The notes under the pieces: model-generated
Told to the model about the DNA's origin: nothing
Seen by the model: the letters and a program-made list of their open reading frames with translations, nothing else
Database searches by the model: none
IMG/VR virus record: IMGVR_UViG_3300049983_000006
Coordinates: 1-54,917 of that record
Origin: a virus
Lineage: Duplodnaviria; Caudoviricetes
Direction: 5' to 3' (one strand)
DNA: 54,917 nucleotides
Shown: one piece after another, positions 1-8,937 of the stretch
Position numbering within the stretch: the stretch's first letter is position 1
Layout: every line of letters begins with the position of its first letter
Program-made: the position numbers and the translations under genes

Positions 1-30
1 TCAGGGGGAAGCTGGGTGTAGGCTCGATCT

Positions 31-276
31 GTGAACGCCGTAGATCTGCTGCGTAGCGATCAGCCGAATCCCCCAGTTATGAAGCGCCCATGGCTTCAGA
101 TAGTTGACGAAGCCGTGGGAGGCGATCCGTTCGTGAAGCTTGTCGAGGTTGAGGGTCTGCGCTACCGGATCAACGAGGCCGCGCTGGTCGAGCTTGAAGA
201 GCGAAATGCCCGCAAGATCGAGATGGGCATCCGCATGGGCTGGCTCGGAGCCCGTCCCCCTGTGCCTCGCAGCTAG
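31..276 (+). CDS. Hypothetical protein (start uncertain)
   Basis: 81-aa ORF with plausible composition; converges on a minus-strand ORF at 273-276. Confidence 0.35.
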   Translation: MNAVDLLRSDQPNPPVMKRPWLQIVDEAVGGDPFVKLVEVEGLRYRINEAALVELEERNARKIEMGIRMGWLGARPPVPRS

Positions 277-452
277 CGCCGCCTGATCCCCAAGCACCGC
301 ATCTCCTCAGCACTGAACGCCGATAGCGGCAGTTCCGTCACCTGCCACCCAGCCTTGCGGTAGACCGCGGCAGCCTCACCGCTCGCAATCGGCAGACGGA
401 TCCCGCCCGGCTTTCGCCGCACCACCCAGACATGTCTTTGCTCGGAGGGCAC
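273..452 (-). CDS. Hypothetical 59-aa protein (not in ORF track)
   Basis: GTG at 452 with purine-rich GGAGAGGAAG upstream; reads MPSEQRHVWVVRRKPGG...IRRR to TAG. Confidence 0.4.
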   Translation of the reverse strand: MPSEQRHVWVVRRKPGGIRLPIASGEAAAVYRKAGWQVTELPLSAFSAEEMRCLGIRRR

Positions 453-524
453 CCAGCTACTTCCTCTCCGGCGCCGTCCCCCTTTACCGCTACTTAGAGA
501 CGATGGTGTCTGGGCTGGGTGAAG

Positions 525-998
525 TCAAGCCATCTCGGCCGCAAGGATTGCGTCGACCGTGTTGTGGAGCAGCCGCGTCATCTCCTCGCCGTAGCCGAAC
601 CGCTCGGCGTTCTGGTCGATGCTGCGGTGGATGTCGCCGTCCGCGTGGCGACGGGTGGCCGCGATCCAGTCGCAGAGCATCTCCGTGAGCTGGATCAGGT
701 TCATGGCGTCGATGCTGCCTTCGCCACGGAAGTGCTCTGGGTGGTGATCGTTGACGGCGTAGTGGTGCCGCAGCCCCTCGCCCATGCTCGCCAGGAACCC
801 CTTGTACTCGTCGCTGCCGTAGGTCGAGTCGCGCAGCTTGGGCGTGAACTCGTCGAAGACTTCGACCTCTGGGGGCTCCAGCTTGGAGCGGTCGTGGCGG
901 TGTGCCCGCCCAGTCAGGTCGGCAGCGACCCCCAGTAGGAGGCCACGCACCTGGCCGATGTGCTCGTGCGTGTCGGGGCGTGAGTCGTAGTCGCTCAT
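525..998 (-). CDS. DUF5662-like (HD-domain-related) phage protein
   Basis: Motifs HDRSKL, YGSDEY, HHYAVNDHHPEH and EMLCDWIAA; ATG at 998 preceded by GGAGGAG. Confidence 0.7.
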   Translation of the reverse strand: MSDYDSRPDTHEHIGQVRGLLLGVAADLTGRAHRHDRSKLEPPEVEVFDEFTPKLRDSTYGSDEYKGFLASMGEGLRHHYAVNDHHPEHFRGEGSIDAMNLIQLTEMLCDWIAATRRHADGDIHRSIDQNAERFGYGEEMTRLLHNTVDAILAAEMA

Positions 999-1104
999 GG
1001 GATCTCCTCCAGCTCGTAGATCGGTTCGGGCCACTCGATCGCCTCGTCAGCACCGCCACCCGAGACGGTCATCCACGCCTTTTCAACCCGGTCGAAGGCC
1101 GCCA

Positions 1105-1269
1105 TCAGCAGCTCCCCCGCAGAGCACAGTCCACGCCCATGAGGGCCGCGAACGCGATGAACACGAGGACGAGGACCAGGCGGAGCACGGCGTTGACGCT
1201 GGTCGACGGATCAGCAGGGCGCTTGATGGTCCGCGGCGTGTCCGCCCACAGTGGCCTGCGCCGCTCCAT
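1105..1269 (-). CDS. Small single-pass membrane protein ending GVDCALRGSC
   Basis: ATG overlaps the upstream TGA (TGATG); hydrophobic VLRLVLVLVFIAFAALM stretch. Confidence 0.6.
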   Translation of the reverse strand: MERRRPLWADTPRTIKRPADPSTSVNAVLRLVLVLVFIAFAALMGVDCALRGSC

Positions 1270-2066
1270 CAGCAGGCACCCCGCAACGCGCAATCGACGC
1301 CCTTGCCAACACCTTCGACCGCTCCCCCTACACCTTCCCCAGCTTCTTTCACAGCACCACCCGCTGCTTCCACGGTGGAAGGCACCGTTCCGGGAGACGG
1401 GGAGGCCGGTGGATCCGGGTCCCCGGGCGCGTCGCCACTGCGGCCGGGTGAAGGTTGCGGTGACGGAGACGGCACGGTTTCAGGAGAGGGCGAGGGAGCG
1501 GGGGCAGGTCTGTCGTGACCTCCACCGCCTGAGGTGCCATCGCTTCCACCCCGCTGCTTTCCCGTCCCGACGTCTTCGCTCGAGCCCCCTTCACGAGGGC
1601 CGGGCTGAAGAGTGCCGGTCGAGCCGGTCTGGGCACCACCTCCTGATGCCGCCCGCCCCCGGCTCGCCGCCCGTTCGTTGCCTCGCACCCGTTCCTGCTC
1701 GATCCGGGCGCCGGCACAGGGTTCCGTGAAATCGACACCGAGCTCGCCGGCCAGTTCACGGATGGCACGGAGCGTGCCAGCCTTCCGCTCCACCGCGCAC
1801 GCCTGCGGGTGGGTGATCGTTGCTACCGCGGCCGAGAAAGCTTCCTCGCATTGCGGCGAGTCCGACCCGTACTTCACGCAGGGAGATTCGATCTTGGTGA
1901 TCTGAGTGCTGTTGCTGAAGCCGATCGCAAGCGACCACCCCGCGAAGCCGAGGGCGGCGACGACGGCAATCCCGAAGAGCCACGATGCGATCCGCCAGCG
2001 TTTGGCTGCGCGAGCGAAGTCGGGGTCGTCTTTAGCTACGTGCGCGAGCTTCTCTCGGAAGGTCAT
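1269..2066 (-). CDS. Membrane-anchored Cys-containing, Pro/Gly-rich protein (possible lysis accessory)
   Basis: N-terminal TM helix, several Cys, PAPSPSPE repeats, ends GVDCALRGAC; coupled to the 2066 ORF. Confidence 0.7.
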   Translation of the reverse strand: MTFREKLAHVAKDDPDFARAAKRWRIASWLFGIAVVAALGFAGWSLAIGFSNSTQITKIESPCVKYGSDSPQCEEAFSAAVATITHPQACAVERKAGTLRAIRELAGELGVDFTEPCAGARIEQERVRGNERAASRGRAASGGGAQTGSTGTLQPGPREGGSSEDVGTGKQRGGSDGTSGGGGHDRPAPAPSPSPETVPSPSPQPSPGRSGDAPGDPDPPASPSPGTVPSTVEAAGGAVKEAGEGVGGAVEGVGKGVDCALRGAC

Positions 2067-2257
2067 CAGTTGCTCCCGGTCAGAATGAAGGTGACCACCG
2101 CGCCGAGGATTACGATCCCCGCCGCGCCAACCAGCCCGGTCAGCCTGTTCATCGCCCCAGTGGCGATTTCGACTTTCACGTCTCGGCCCGCCTCTCGTTT
2201 TTCGATCTCGGTGACTCGGTCCTCGACCTTGCCAATCCGGGTCTCATCGGACATCAC
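2066..2257 (-). CDS. Small coiled-coil plus TM protein, holin-like (XhlA-type architecture)
   Basis: Charged N-terminal coiled coil followed by a C-terminal TM helix; located after the tail genes. Confidence 0.5.
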   Translation of the reverse strand: MMSDETRIGKVEDRVTEIEKREAGRDVKVEIATGAMNRLTGLVGAAGIVILGAVVTFILTGSN

Positions 2258-2316
2258 GCTCTCCGCTGCTCAAGATTTGGTCCCCCCTCGGTGGCCATTG
2301 CTCTAGGATTTCGGCG

Positions 2317-2751
2317 GTGATTCGAAACTGCTCAGTAGTTGTGGCTCTCCTACTAGTCGCGTTCACCCTGCTGCTGTCAACCGCTACCGCAGCGCGTGGA
2401 GAGGGAACAGCAGGTGCCAGCAACATCGGGTTGACCCGACAGGAAGCCATCAAGGATGGTGAACGGGTGGTGCGCGGACTGTGGCCGCGTGCTTGGAAGC
2501 ACCACCACAAGACGCTGCATTGCAAGGAACATGGCGATCCAATCGTCTGCCCGCCCGTAATCTTCAACAAGCGTCTGAGCGCAGAGGAAATAGAACTTCT
2601 GTTCTCACTCATTCGAAGCACCCACCCCTACACCGAAATATTCGGCAGGGTCTACATACACAGCGCGCCTCCAAGCGTCGGGGGCTTCAGCTATCGAGTC
2701 GAACGATGTCGCACTGAACCCGTGTCTGAAGCTGGATGCTGGGAAGTTTGA
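2317..2751 (+). CDS. Secreted hypothetical protein (moron)
   Basis: Signal-peptide-like N-terminus (VVVALLLVAFTLLLSTATAA); opposite strand to the phage genes; visibly lower GC. Confidence 0.6.
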   Translation: MIRNCSVVVALLLVAFTLLLSTATAARGEGTAGASNIGLTRQEAIKDGERVVRGLWPRAWKHHHKTLHCKEHGDPIVCPPVIFNKRLSAEEIELLFSLIRSTHPYTEIFGRVYIHSAPPSVGGFSYRVERCRTEPVSEAGCWEV

Positions 2752-2843
2752 CTGACGCCCGCTAACATCTTGAACAAGTGCCCCCGCGACGTTGCAACCG
2801 CCCGGGGGCCGGCCATCGGAACCCAACTACTGAAAGGACACCG

Positions 2844-3542
2844 ATGACTTCCTCAGCCTATAAGCACCGCGCAGCCTTCCTACGGCGCAACTACGCAAAC
2901 GTCGTCGCCACCCTCGCCCTCTTCGTCGCCCTCACCGGCGTCGGCTTGGTGCAGGCGGGCGTGCTGGTCACCAGCAAGCAGATCCGCAACGGCACGATCC
3001 TCAGCCAGGACATCCACAAAGCCGGTGTGAAGTCGAGCGATATCAGCACCGGCGGGGTGCGATCAGCTGACATCCAGTCCGGGGCGGTGGAAAGCTCCGA
3101 CATCGGCGCTGGGGAGGTCGAGCCCCAGGATGTCACCATGCCCGAGCCTGAACAGCTTCAGGAGGGCGACGTCGCCACCCTTGACGTTGGCGACGACTTC
3201 GCCCTCATCGACACCGTCGGCACCTACTCCAAGGAAGACCCGACCTCCACCCTGCAGGTGGACTGGACCGGGAGCGCCAGCTCCCCGTTTGGCGCCGACT
3301 GCCTCTTCCAACTCCGGGTCGACGGGAAACCGAGCTCGGCTGACGGTGGACTGATTTTCGTCGCCTCCGGCCAGCCGATCAGCGTTTCGGCGACCGCGCT
3401 CTTCGACGGCTTCGCCACCGGGTCACACACGATTGAAGTATGGGCGAAGCAGGGGCACGGTACGGGGACCACCCGCTGTGTTGTCGGACCCGCAGAGGCG
3501 GGCATCGGTCAGACCTTCGTCGTCAGTGAGCTGGTCGTCTAG
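2844..3542 (+). CDS. Exported/surface protein with (S/A)xDI repeats (moron)
   Basis: ATG at 2844 after GAAAGGA; ANVVATLALFVAL leader, repeated G-V-x-S-x-D-I units, beta-rich C-terminal domain. Confidence 0.75.
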   Translation: MTSSAYKHRAAFLRRNYANVVATLALFVALTGVGLVQAGVLVTSKQIRNGTILSQDIHKAGVKSSDISTGGVRSADIQSGAVESSDIGAGEVEPQDVTMPEPEQLQEGDVATLDVGDDFALIDTVGTYSKEDPTSTLQVDWTGSASSPFGADCLFQLRVDGKPSSADGGLIFVASGQPISVSATALFDGFATGSHTIEVWAKQGHGTGTTRCVVGPAEAGIGQTFVVSELVV

Positions 3543-6500
3543 CTAGACAAAGGTCAGCGAGGACCCCGTCCGTTCGAGGATGGCGCTGAGGCGGGCGGCG
3601 CCAGAATCGAGCTGGGCGGTGAGGGTCTTGGAGTCGTGTTCGTAGCTCGCCTCGATGATCCGGAAGGGGAACGGCTCGGGCCAGTCCATGAGGCTGACGA
3701 AGTCCCCGGCCCTCACCGCCCACACCGGGAGCGCGCCCATCGTCGGGTGCGAGATCGCGGGAATATGGCCAGCGCCCCTCGGCTGCAGGACCAGCGTCCC
3801 AGAGCGTTGCGGGACCTTCGCCTCGGCGAGGACGACGGAGCCGATCTGAAAGGCCAGGGTCGGGAAGGCGATCGGGAAGCTGACCTCGAGCTTTGCCCAG
3901 CGCCGGCGGCCCCTGCGGGTGTAGGGGTTGTTCGGATCGGAGTCGGAGAGCAGCGGGCTTTCGTAGTCGCAGCCCGACCCGACCGGACCGGCCGTCCTGC
4001 TCCTGCCCTCGGCGTCGGTGAAGACGACCTCCAGGCCATTGATGCGGGAGTACGCCTGCCGGCCCACCGGGGACCAGCGGGCGCCGCCGGCGATGTTCGC
4101 CTGCCAGGTGAGGCGGTCGGGGTCCCACGGGTGCCAGTAGAAGGTCTTGCGGTCCCAGACCGCCCAGTTGTTGAGGAAGTAGGCGTTGCCCCGTTCCAAC
4201 GCCTCCCGCGGCGGCGCTGGAGTCGTCGGCGCGAAGTCGGGCAGGGCGAAGCTGGTGTTGGGAACGATCGAGCCGTCGCCGCGCACCGAGTAGTTCAACT
4301 CCGGTGCGCCGGTCGAGAGCAGGTGGGCGAGGACATCGTGGAAGTAGACCCCCGGCAGCTCGCCTTCGATCGGCTGCAGCGGGACACCGGTGTCGCCGTA
4401 GGCGGCCAGGCGGTCGTAGGACTGCTGGGTGCCAGCGCCGGGCAGGACTGCACCGGTGACGTAGGCGCGGAGCATCAGGTTCTTTTGCGACGATGAGAAG
4501 GTGGCGGTACGGGCGGCCCCGTCAAGCGTGAGGCTGTTGAAGGCCGCCGCCGAGCTGAAGTCCTCTTTGTCGTCGAAGAAGACCGCAGGGCTCTCGAAGT
4601 TCGACCAGCTCCCCTTGCGGGTCCCCCGATACCCGAGGGCGCCGATCGGCAGCCCTGCCGGTGCGTAGAAGATCGAATCGGTCTCCTCGCCGGCCGCCAG
4701 GTTCTCCGCTGGCGGGTCCCAAACCAGCCCGTCAGGCCCGGTCGACACCGGGATGCGGCCCTGCCGTCCCCCCACCGCAGCGATCCGTTCGCGGCGGGCG
4801 AGAAGCGCCTCCTGCCAACCCTCGAAGCCGAGCTTCACGTAGAGCGCTCGCCAGGTCTCGTCCTCGTTGAGTAGCTCCTGGTGGCCGACAGCATTGGCCC
4901 CGATGCTGAAATCGTTCCCGAGCTGGGCGGGGAACTGCTGGGTCATTCCCTCAAAGACGTTGCGCCCCAGCGGCTGGGTCCTGCCGCGGATCACTACATC
5001 GTCCACGAGGTTGAGATCGGGCCAGACCTGTCTCGGGTCTCGCGCCCAAGACCATGAGGAATCGCGGTGTCCGCCTGGGGCGGTGTTTGAGGTTCTGATC
5101 TGCTGGGCGATGTTGGCGGCATCGCTCTCCACGCCGCTGCTGCGGCTGCGGGTGCCGCCGGCGTGGCGCAGCTCGATGAAAAGGGTGTCGTCGATGGGCT
5201 CGGCCAGCACCCGAGTTGCCGTCGCAGCCGGCGTAACCACTTCGAGGTCCGCGCTGGCGATCTGGCCGAGCTCGTTTTCGGCGACGAGGCGGACGTGGTA
5301 GGCGCTGTCGGGGCGCAGCCCGGAGAGGGCACGGTCGACCGATTCAGCGAGTCCTAGCGGTCCGAGGCTGACGGGTACGGTTTTCTTGCCGTAACCGGTC
5401 GTCTCCCCGTACTCAAACCAGTAGGTCGCCGGCAGGCCGCCGGGGTCGACGATGCCGACGAGGTCCACCCGGCTCGGCCGCACCGCTTCGATGGCTACCT
5501 CGATCTGAAGCGGGTTGCCGTAGTAGCTCGAAGCGATCCCGGCTTTGAACGCGGCCTGCGCCGCGGGCGAGGACTCGATCGGCCAGTCGACCCGCCCGAC
5601 GCCGTGGTCGATGTTCCAGTTGAACCAGACCATGCCCCGGATCTGGGGCATCTCCTCCTGCACGGCTTCGCCGAGGAGGTTGCGGGTCCAGACCGCCTTG
5701 CTGCCCCCGTACTCCGAGGCGGCGGTCTCGCAGATCATCACCGGCTTCTCGGCGGCGAATTCCTGAAAGCGGTCGTAGGTGGACTTGAAGACCTTGTGGG
5801 CCGAGCGCCAGCCGTAGGACTTCGCCGGGTGCTGGCCGCTGTAGCCGTCCATGCCGACCCAGTCCACGTACTCGTCACCCGGGTACCAGGGCTCGGGGTC
5901 GGCAATGCCACCGGCGATGACGTTCGGGCACCAGATGAAGAGGACGTTGTCGGCGATCGCCTTGATCCGGCTGTGCAGGTAGCGCCAGCCCTGGATGTAT
6001 TCGGGGCCGAGGGCTTTGGTGAACCAGAGCCCGTTCATCTCCCACCAGGGCCGGATCATCACGAGGTCGGCGTAGGCGGCGGCGTCTTTGGCCCACTGGT
6101 CGATCGAGGTATCGTGTTTGCCGGCGAGTACTTCTTTCACCAGTTCGGGCGACTGGCCCATCGACTTCATCGGGATCGCGCCGCGGGCCCGGACGGCGTA
6201 GCTGGCACCAGTGCCGAAGCCGTCCCATTTCAGCCCGCCTTCCGCGGGCGAGCGCCAGGGGTCGGCGAAGTGGACGACATCGACCGTGCGGCCGGCGTGT
6301 TGCTCGAAGCGGTCCCAGGTGGTTTTGTCATAGGGGGCGTCGCCGCGGGCTTTCGGTTCGCCTTCCATCAGCGCCACGTCGCCATCCATATCCGCCCCCC
6401 AGAGGCACCGATATCGAGGCGGCGCAGGGGCGCGGGTGGCGGCTTCGTAGTGGGCGACTACTCTCTCGCCCGAGAGATCGCCTTCGTAGATCGCGAACTC

Positions 6501-8477
6501 GTCGAGCCAGCCGGCGAAGGCACCTTGCAGCCCGCCGATGGCATTGTCGTGGGAGAGTCTGACGTTGCCGGCGGTGCCGCCGTAGGCGCTGACCGATTTT
6601 TCGCCCTTATCGACGCCGTTCACGTAGAGGGTCGCTTTACCTCCGGGAACGATCACGAAGACCGCATGGACCCACTGGTCGTCTCCCGGCCAGGCGCCTT
6701 CCCAGTTGGCCGTCGTGCCGAACCCGTTCAGGGTCAAGCGGATGTTGCTGGTGCCTTCCTGGATGTAGGCGAAGACGCCGGCAGACCCGCCGTTGGAGCC
6801 GCCGAAGAGGTGGTCGTGTTTTTCGTGGGCGGCTTTGCGCTTCGCCCAGATCTCGAAGGTCTTGGTACCCGAGAAGGGGTCGTAGGTGAGACCTTTGACG
6901 TAGGACGCTTTGGCCTCGTCAAAGAGAGCAGCTGCATCAGGCTCGCCTTCGAGGGCGCCTGCGGCTCCAAGCTGGACTTCATTGCGGTATTCGCCGGGGC
7001 GCTCGTGGCCTGAGCGGTCCTCGACTTCAGAGCCACCGGACTCGTTCAGCCGCCAGTAGAGCAGCGGGGCATCCTCCATGACCACGGAGCGGTAGGTCGG
7101 TCCATCGCCCGAGGCCTCTGAGGTCCCCGAACCGCCCGCCGTTACCGTCCCCGAGCCGGTGTCGTCTCCGGCGGCTAGCTCGACCCCGCTTCCACCCGCG
7201 GTCAGCGCCCCCGCGCCGGCGTCGCTACCGGCATGTTCGCCTTCACCCGAGCCTGAGCCCGTGACGTTCCCGCTGCCCGAGTCGACGTATTCGATTCCGG
7301 GCTCGTACTCGACCATCAGCCCGGCGAGGTCGACGAAGACGGCGTCGGTCGTCGCGGTGCTCTTGCGGATCCTCAGCACCGGCGAGACGCCAAGTTCGGG
7401 AGTGGGGCCGTAGACGTATGAAGGTGGGACGGTAATCCAGCCCGTCGGGTCGGCTTCAGCGATCAGGGCACTCAACCCATTCGCCACCTCGGCCGCCGCC
7501 GGATTGGATACAAGGGTGAGGCCAAGACCGCGGGCCGTCGCGCTGCTCTGCCCACCGCGCATCACCCCGTAGAGGAGCGCGATCCGGTCAGCAGGGATCA
7601 ATCCGCCGCCGCCTTCGGAGACTTTTGCGCTGTAGGGCGCGAGTTTGAATTCGAAGGTGTCGGTCGAGTTGTTGTTTGCGTCCTTAATCTGCGAGGCGTC
7701 GGTGGCCGAGCCCAGCGCAACGCCGACGGGCGGCGTGTTGTTGATCGCGTCGTAGAGGTTGGCGGTCGCCCCGGCACCCCCGACCCAGCCGGTGCGGGCG
7801 ACGTCGGCGGAGGGCTTGAGGAAGACCACCTTGCCGTTACCGGGGAAGCTGTTCTGTGCTTCGCCTTGGTCGTCGTTAACCGCCCAGTCGTCGGTCTTCA
7901 CCGTGACCGCCGTCTCGGTACCCGTGATGTGGCCTGCGGCCATGCTGTTGATTGCCGAACTGCCAAAGTTCGCTTCGAGTTCCGCGGATTCGTAGACGAC
8001 GTCGCCGACGTCGTTGCGGATGACGAGCTTCATTTTCCCGTTGCCCGCAACCGGAATGTTCAGCTTTACTTCGAACAGGTACCAAGTGTTTGCGGCGGGT
8101 TTGAAGCCAGTTTCCAAGATCGTTTTCGCTGCAATGTTCGCGAAGACCGAGATTTCCCCGGTCGTTCGGAGGGTTAGCTGGAAACAGGTTCCTGCCGCCG
8201 AGGCGATCTGTTGAAAGTTGAGATTGGTCGATGGCGCCACCATCGAGAAGCGCTGGGCTACGCGCTGGAAATAGCTGCGCCCGAGCACTCCGGTAAGAGA
8301 GGCGGCGACCCAGTTGCCGCCTCCCGCAGCGCAGGACGCGCAGACGACACCACTACGCTTGTCGGTCGTGTCGTAACTGACAGTGCCCGCGGCGACGAGG
8401 CTTTGGCGCTCCCCGGTGTTGGTCGCAGAAGAGGTCAGCTTCTGCGACTCAAAGCCAGTGGTCAGGAGTCGCGCCAC
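3543..8477 (-). CDS. Large tail tip/adhesion protein: lectin-like + LamG + GH26 glycoside hydrolase + FN3-like + C-terminal tail hub-like region
   Basis: LYWRLNE...WVHAV...LYVNG...LDEFAIY (LamG); RPWWEMNG, YPGDEYVDWVGMDGY and KPVMICE (GH26); YWFEYG...LSGLRPDSAYHVRLVAEN (FN3); position after the Dit. Confidence 0.8.
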   Translation of the reverse strand: MARLLTTGFESQKLTSSATNTGERQSLVAAGTVSYDTTDKRSGVVCASCAAGGGNWVAASLTGVLGRSYFQRVAQRFSMVAPSTNLNFQQIASAAGTCFQLTLRTTGEISVFANIAAKTILETGFKPAANTWYLFEVKLNIPVAGNGKMKLVIRNDVGDVVYESAELEANFGSSAINSMAAGHITGTETAVTVKTDDWAVNDDQGEAQNSFPGNGKVVFLKPSADVARTGWVGGAGATANLYDAINNTPPVGVALGSATDASQIKDANNNSTDTFEFKLAPYSAKVSEGGGGLIPADRIALLYGVMRGGQSSATARGLGLTLVSNPAAAEVANGLSALIAEADPTGWITVPPSYVYGPTPELGVSPVLRIRKSTATTDAVFVDLAGLMVEYEPGIEYVDSGSGNVTGSGSGEGEHAGSDAGAGALTAGGSGVELAAGDDTGSGTVTAGGSGTSEASGDGPTYRSVVMEDAPLLYWRLNESGGSEVEDRSGHERPGEYRNEVQLGAAGALEGEPDAAALFDEAKASYVKGLTYDPFSGTKTFEIWAKRKAAHEKHDHLFGGSNGGSAGVFAYIQEGTSNIRLTLNGFGTTANWEGAWPGDDQWVHAVFVIVPGGKATLYVNGVDKGEKSVSAYGGTAGNVRLSHDNAIGGLQGAFAGWLDEFAIYEGDLSGERVVAHYEAATRAPAPPRYRCLWGADMDGDVALMEGEPKARGDAPYDKTTWDRFEQHAGRTVDVVHFADPWRSPAEGGLKWDGFGTGASYAVRARGAIPMKSMGQSPELVKEVLAGKHDTSIDQWAKDAAAYADLVMIRPWWEMNGLWFTKALGPEYIQGWRYLHSRIKAIADNVLFIWCPNVIAGGIADPEPWYPGDEYVDWVGMDGYSGQHPAKSYGWRSAHKVFKSTYDRFQEFAAEKPVMICETAASEYGGSKAVWTRNLLGEAVQEEMPQIRGMVWFNWNIDHGVGRVDWPIESSPAAQAAFKAGIASSYYGNPLQIEVAIEAVRPSRVDLVGIVDPGGLPATYWFEYGETTGYGKKTVPVSLGPLGLAESVDRALSGLRPDSAYHVRLVAENELGQIASADLEVVTPAATATRVLAEPIDDTLFIELRHAGGTRSRSSGVESDAANIAQQIRTSNTAPGGHRDSSWSWARDPRQVWPDLNLVDDVVIRGRTQPLGRNVFEGMTQQFPAQLGNDFSIGANAVGHQELLNEDETWRALYVKLGFEGWQEALLARRERIAAVGGRQGRIPVSTGPDGLVWDPPAENLAAGEETDSIFYAPAGLPIGALGYRGTRKGSWSNFESPAVFFDDKEDFSSAAAFNSLTLDGAARTATFSSSQKNLMLRAYVTGAVLPGAGTQQSYDRLAAYGDTGVPLQPIEGELPGVYFHDVLAHLLSTGAPELNYSVRGDGSIVPNTSFALPDFAPTTPAPPREALERGNAYFLNNWAVWDRKTFYWHPWDPDRLTWQANIAGGARWSPVGRQAYSRINGLEVVFTDAEGRSRTAGPVGSGCDYESPLLSDSDPNNPYTRRGRRRWAKLEVSFPIAFPTLAFQIGSVVLAEAKVPQRSGTLVLQPRGAGHIPAISHPTMGALPVWAVRAGDFVSLMDWPEPFPFRIIEASYEHDSKTLTAQLDSGAARLSAILERTGSSLTFV

Positions 8478-8496
8478 GGTGTTGCCTCCGCGCCGA

Positions 8497-8886
8497 CTAG
8501 CTCAGGTTGAGAGTCGGCGTGTAGCTCTCGTTCGTTTTGGCTTTGGACATGTCCCGCGCCGCGCCGCCTGCCTGCAGGTTCCAGGCGCAGATCAGGATCG
8601 AGCCCGTGCGCAATACGACCGACTTCACGCCGGAAGGCCAGTCCGTAGCCGACCCGGTTTCCCAGGTCATTTTCGCGAAGGCGGCGACCCCAGCCACCGA
8701 GGTCGGCTCGGCCTGCGTCTTTTCCGCGTAGCCGGTCCCGGTCGCTTTGGCGAAGCCGCCCGCGAAGGTGGCGCTGGCGCCGAGTTCATCGGCGGTTTTC
8801 GTCGAGAGGTCGAAGCGGCAGGTGGACGGCAGGCCGTTGTTCTCCAGCTCGGCCTTACCCTCGTTGAACATGATGAAGTCAGCCAT
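8497..8886 (-). CDS. Minor tail protein
   Basis: 129-aa ORF with strong RBS (AGGAGGAG) between the Dit and the tail tip gene. Confidence 0.7.
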   Translation of the reverse strand: MADFIMFNEGKAELENNGLPSTCRFDLSTKTADELGASATFAGGFAKATGTGYAEKTQAEPTSVAGVAAFAKMTWETGSATDWPSGVKSVVLRTGSILICAWNLQAGGAARDMSKAKTNESYTPTLNLS

Positions 8887-8937
8887 CGGGATCTCCTCCT
8901 AGTAGGTCGGGGTTCAGTAGCTGGGTGTGGCGCCGGA

